Positions 62,323 to 64,000 of a DNA stretch of 64,000 nucleotides are shown in pieces (positions within the stretch are counted from its first letter, which is position 1; every line of letters begins with the position of its first letter). Both the position numbers and the translations under genes were made by a program. This DNA is from an uncultured delta proteobacterium (lineage in GTDB: Bacteria > Desulfobacterota > Binatia > UBA9968). Where the stretch lies: assembly GCA_963745035.1 (NCBI GenBank), contig CAVUVW010000013.1:1120001-1184000 (forward strand), read 5' to 3'. The notes beneath the pieces were generated by a model. It saw only the letters and a program-made list of their open reading frames with translations, searched no databases and was not told the DNA's origin.

Positions 62323-63021
62323 TTATTTTCTCTCTGCAAATGCCGCGTCCGCGGCACCGCGAAAATCAACCGGCTCCGGCTGCTTCTTCTTACGCGCGCT
62401 GTCGCGAGTTTTTTGATGATTCATATCGGCGGGAATGAAGCGGACTTTTTTGCCGAGCCGCTTGGCCTCAATCAGCTCATCGCGGGCCACTTCTCCACCG
62501 CCGACACCGACGACGATGTCGCTATTCTCCACCATCGCTTTGGAAGTCGGCGAGAGCTGCTTGGTCCCGGTAAGAAAACCGCCCCAAGTCGCATCTGTCA
62601 CGTAAAACACGTGATCCACATGCGGCGACAGCGCGACGTTGTATTCCTTCGCCTGGGAAGAAACGATTCCCGTGGTGACAAAACCCTTGCGCTTAGCAAT
62701 TTCGTAAATTGCCCCGATACCATCCGGCGTAGCGCCGATATTGACGATGGTTTTCGCCGGGCTGAATTCGCCAAGCACAGCCTCCGCGTGCTTGCGCAGC
62801 GAATTTTCGTCTTCGTATCCGGCACCCGAATATCCGATGAAGGTGAGCACGGTCTTTCCCGTGCCTTTAAAAAACGCGCGAATGTCTTGTTGGCCAGCGT
62901 TTTTAACCGAGGCGCCCCGCCCCGGGCTCGACGCGCCGAAAGCAACAACGCAGAGATCACAAACGAGGAGAACCAACGCGCCGGATAACCGCGCTGATCG
63001 GACGTGCTTCAATATCGTCAT
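62323..63021 (-). CDS. Exported hypothetical protein, SLOG/LOG-like Rossmann fold
   Basis: GGAGG RBS; signal-like N-terminus; TFIGYSG, IGATPDGIG and SDIVVGVGGGEVARDE motifs. Confidence 0.7.
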   Translation of the reverse strand: MTILKHVRSARLSGALVLLVCDLCVVAFGASSPGRGASVKNAGQQDIRAFFKGTGKTVLTFIGYSGAGYEDENSLRKHAEAVLGEFSPAKTIVNIGATPDGIGAIYEIAKRKGFVTTGIVSSQAKEYNVALSPHVDHVFYVTDATWGGFLTGTKQLSPTSKAMVENSDIVVGVGGGEVARDELIEAKRLGKKVRFIPADMNHQKTRDSARKKKQPEPVDFRGAADAAFAERK

Positions 63022-63080
63022 GCGATTTCCTCCCTCATCGAACAGTCAACACAAGGTCCTGGGCAGACCCGCAAGCCACC

Positions 63081-63475
63081 CTACTTCGACATCGGCGGAG
63101 ACCCGGCCGGCACCAAGGTCGTCTCAACCGGCTGCCCTGGGTTGTTGCTTTTGATCCTAAACTCGGTCGCGCTCAAGTGAAGGATATCGGTCTTGTACGG
63201 GATTCCTTCCTCTATCAGCGTCAACGTTCCGTCATCATGCTTCCATGTCCCGAGCGCGCGGGTTTGCGGTTGGGCGAAGCGATGAGCAGCGTTCCCTCCG
63301 ACAGAAACACGTACAGCGTACCCGGCGCGACGCCGGTGGAGCCGCTCACCTGCCACGCTTTGTTGGCGAAACCGGCGGCAGCGTCGCCGCCTTCGGGCGC
63401 AGAGCCTCTCGTGGAGCAGCTGACCAAAAGGAACGCATGAAAGGACGACAGCGAGCTTGCGAACGGTGGCATCAA
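63081..63475 (-). CDS. Hypothetical lipoprotein; frameshift near 63258
   Basis: LLVSC lipobox; LYVFLSEGTLLIAS joined to LGTWK..LTLIEEGIPY. Confidence 0.6.
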
Positions 63476-63702
63476 AGCACCACAACTTCGCGGTGCTAAC
63501 GCCGCGGCTCGGTCTCATAGACTCACGCTAGTTGAATCCGGCGCGCTCCGTCAAGAAATTTAGTATGAGATCAAGGGGTCTGCGCCTTCTTGGCGCAAGA
63601 GAATTGGCGGGAACTGATCGCACCGCAGCGCGGGCACAAAGAATGGGAAGAACTCCGCCGACGCCGCGAGGAGATTGGAAAAACAACGCCGGGCGGCTCG
63701 CG

Positions 63703-63736
63703 GCGTAGGGCTTCGCGCTCGGCAAAGCCTCTACGC
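63703..63736. repeat. GTAG-type palindrome, possible terminator of the glutaredoxin gene
   Basis: GCGTAGGGCTT...AAGCCTCTACGC just downstream of the stop. Confidence 0.5.
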
Positions 63737-63748
63737 AGCCTGGAAATT

Positions 63749-63982
63749 TCACAATCCCAGCAGCTTGAGGATCTTGTCCTGATCGAAGCCCACCACTGAC
63801 TGACCGTCGATGATGGTGACAGGCGTGGATTGAAAACCCAGATCGAGCAGTTCTTTTAACGCGGCCTTATCGGCGCGAACATTCTTTTCGACGAACTGAA
63901 CGCCCTTTTGAGATAGAAACTCTACCTCTTTGTGGCAGGGCCCTCAGCCGGGCTGGGTGTACACGACAACGGAAGTCGCCAT
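63749..63982 (-). CDS. Selenocysteine-containing glutaredoxin/NrdH-like protein (UxxC)
   Basis: AGGAG RBS; MATSVVVYTQPG-TGA-GPC...STPV.IIDG..VVGFD; TGA (63944-63946) occupies the first Cys position of CxxC; 77 aa. Confidence 0.88.
63902..63943 (-). promoter_or_regulatory. Bacterial SECIS-like hairpin
   Basis: After UGA: GCCCU...GAGGUAGA-GUU-UCUAUCUC...AGGGC, with G first in the apical loop about 23 nt from UGA. Confidence 0.65.
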
Positions 63983-64000
63983 GAAAATCTCCTTTTGAAT

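Overview
High-GC bacterial chromosomal window with no rRNA, tRNA, CRISPR array, integrase or transposase visible. The large load of orphan solute-binding proteins and the intergenic repeat types resemble Candidatus Binatia-like Deltaproteobacteria; this is inference, not a database result. Many otherwise intact genes carry single-base frameshifts, often in homopolymers, which suggests an unpolished long-read assembly. Main points: (1) 1-5.8 kb is a lower-GC, all-plus-strand array. It contains six co-oriented ~75-bp hairpin elements (GGATTGAACTGAA...TTCAGTTCAATCC), repeated orphan 3' tails of ABC_sub_bind solute-binding-protein genes, and integron attC-like sites fused directly to the hairpins. 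This is the best candidate for an undescribed cassette or shuffling system. (2) 36.5-44 kb is a co-oriented cluster with three heme-oxygenase-like diiron (CADD/PqqC-fold) proteins, a DHDPS-family aldolase, a PhtD-like protein, two SBPs and a bicupin. (3) A UxxC selenocysteine glutaredoxin with a SECIS-like hairpin lies at the right edge and was missed by the ORF track. (4) A 390-bp inversion splits a two-domain DM13 gene next to REP-like elements. The rest is ordinary housekeeping and metabolic genes.
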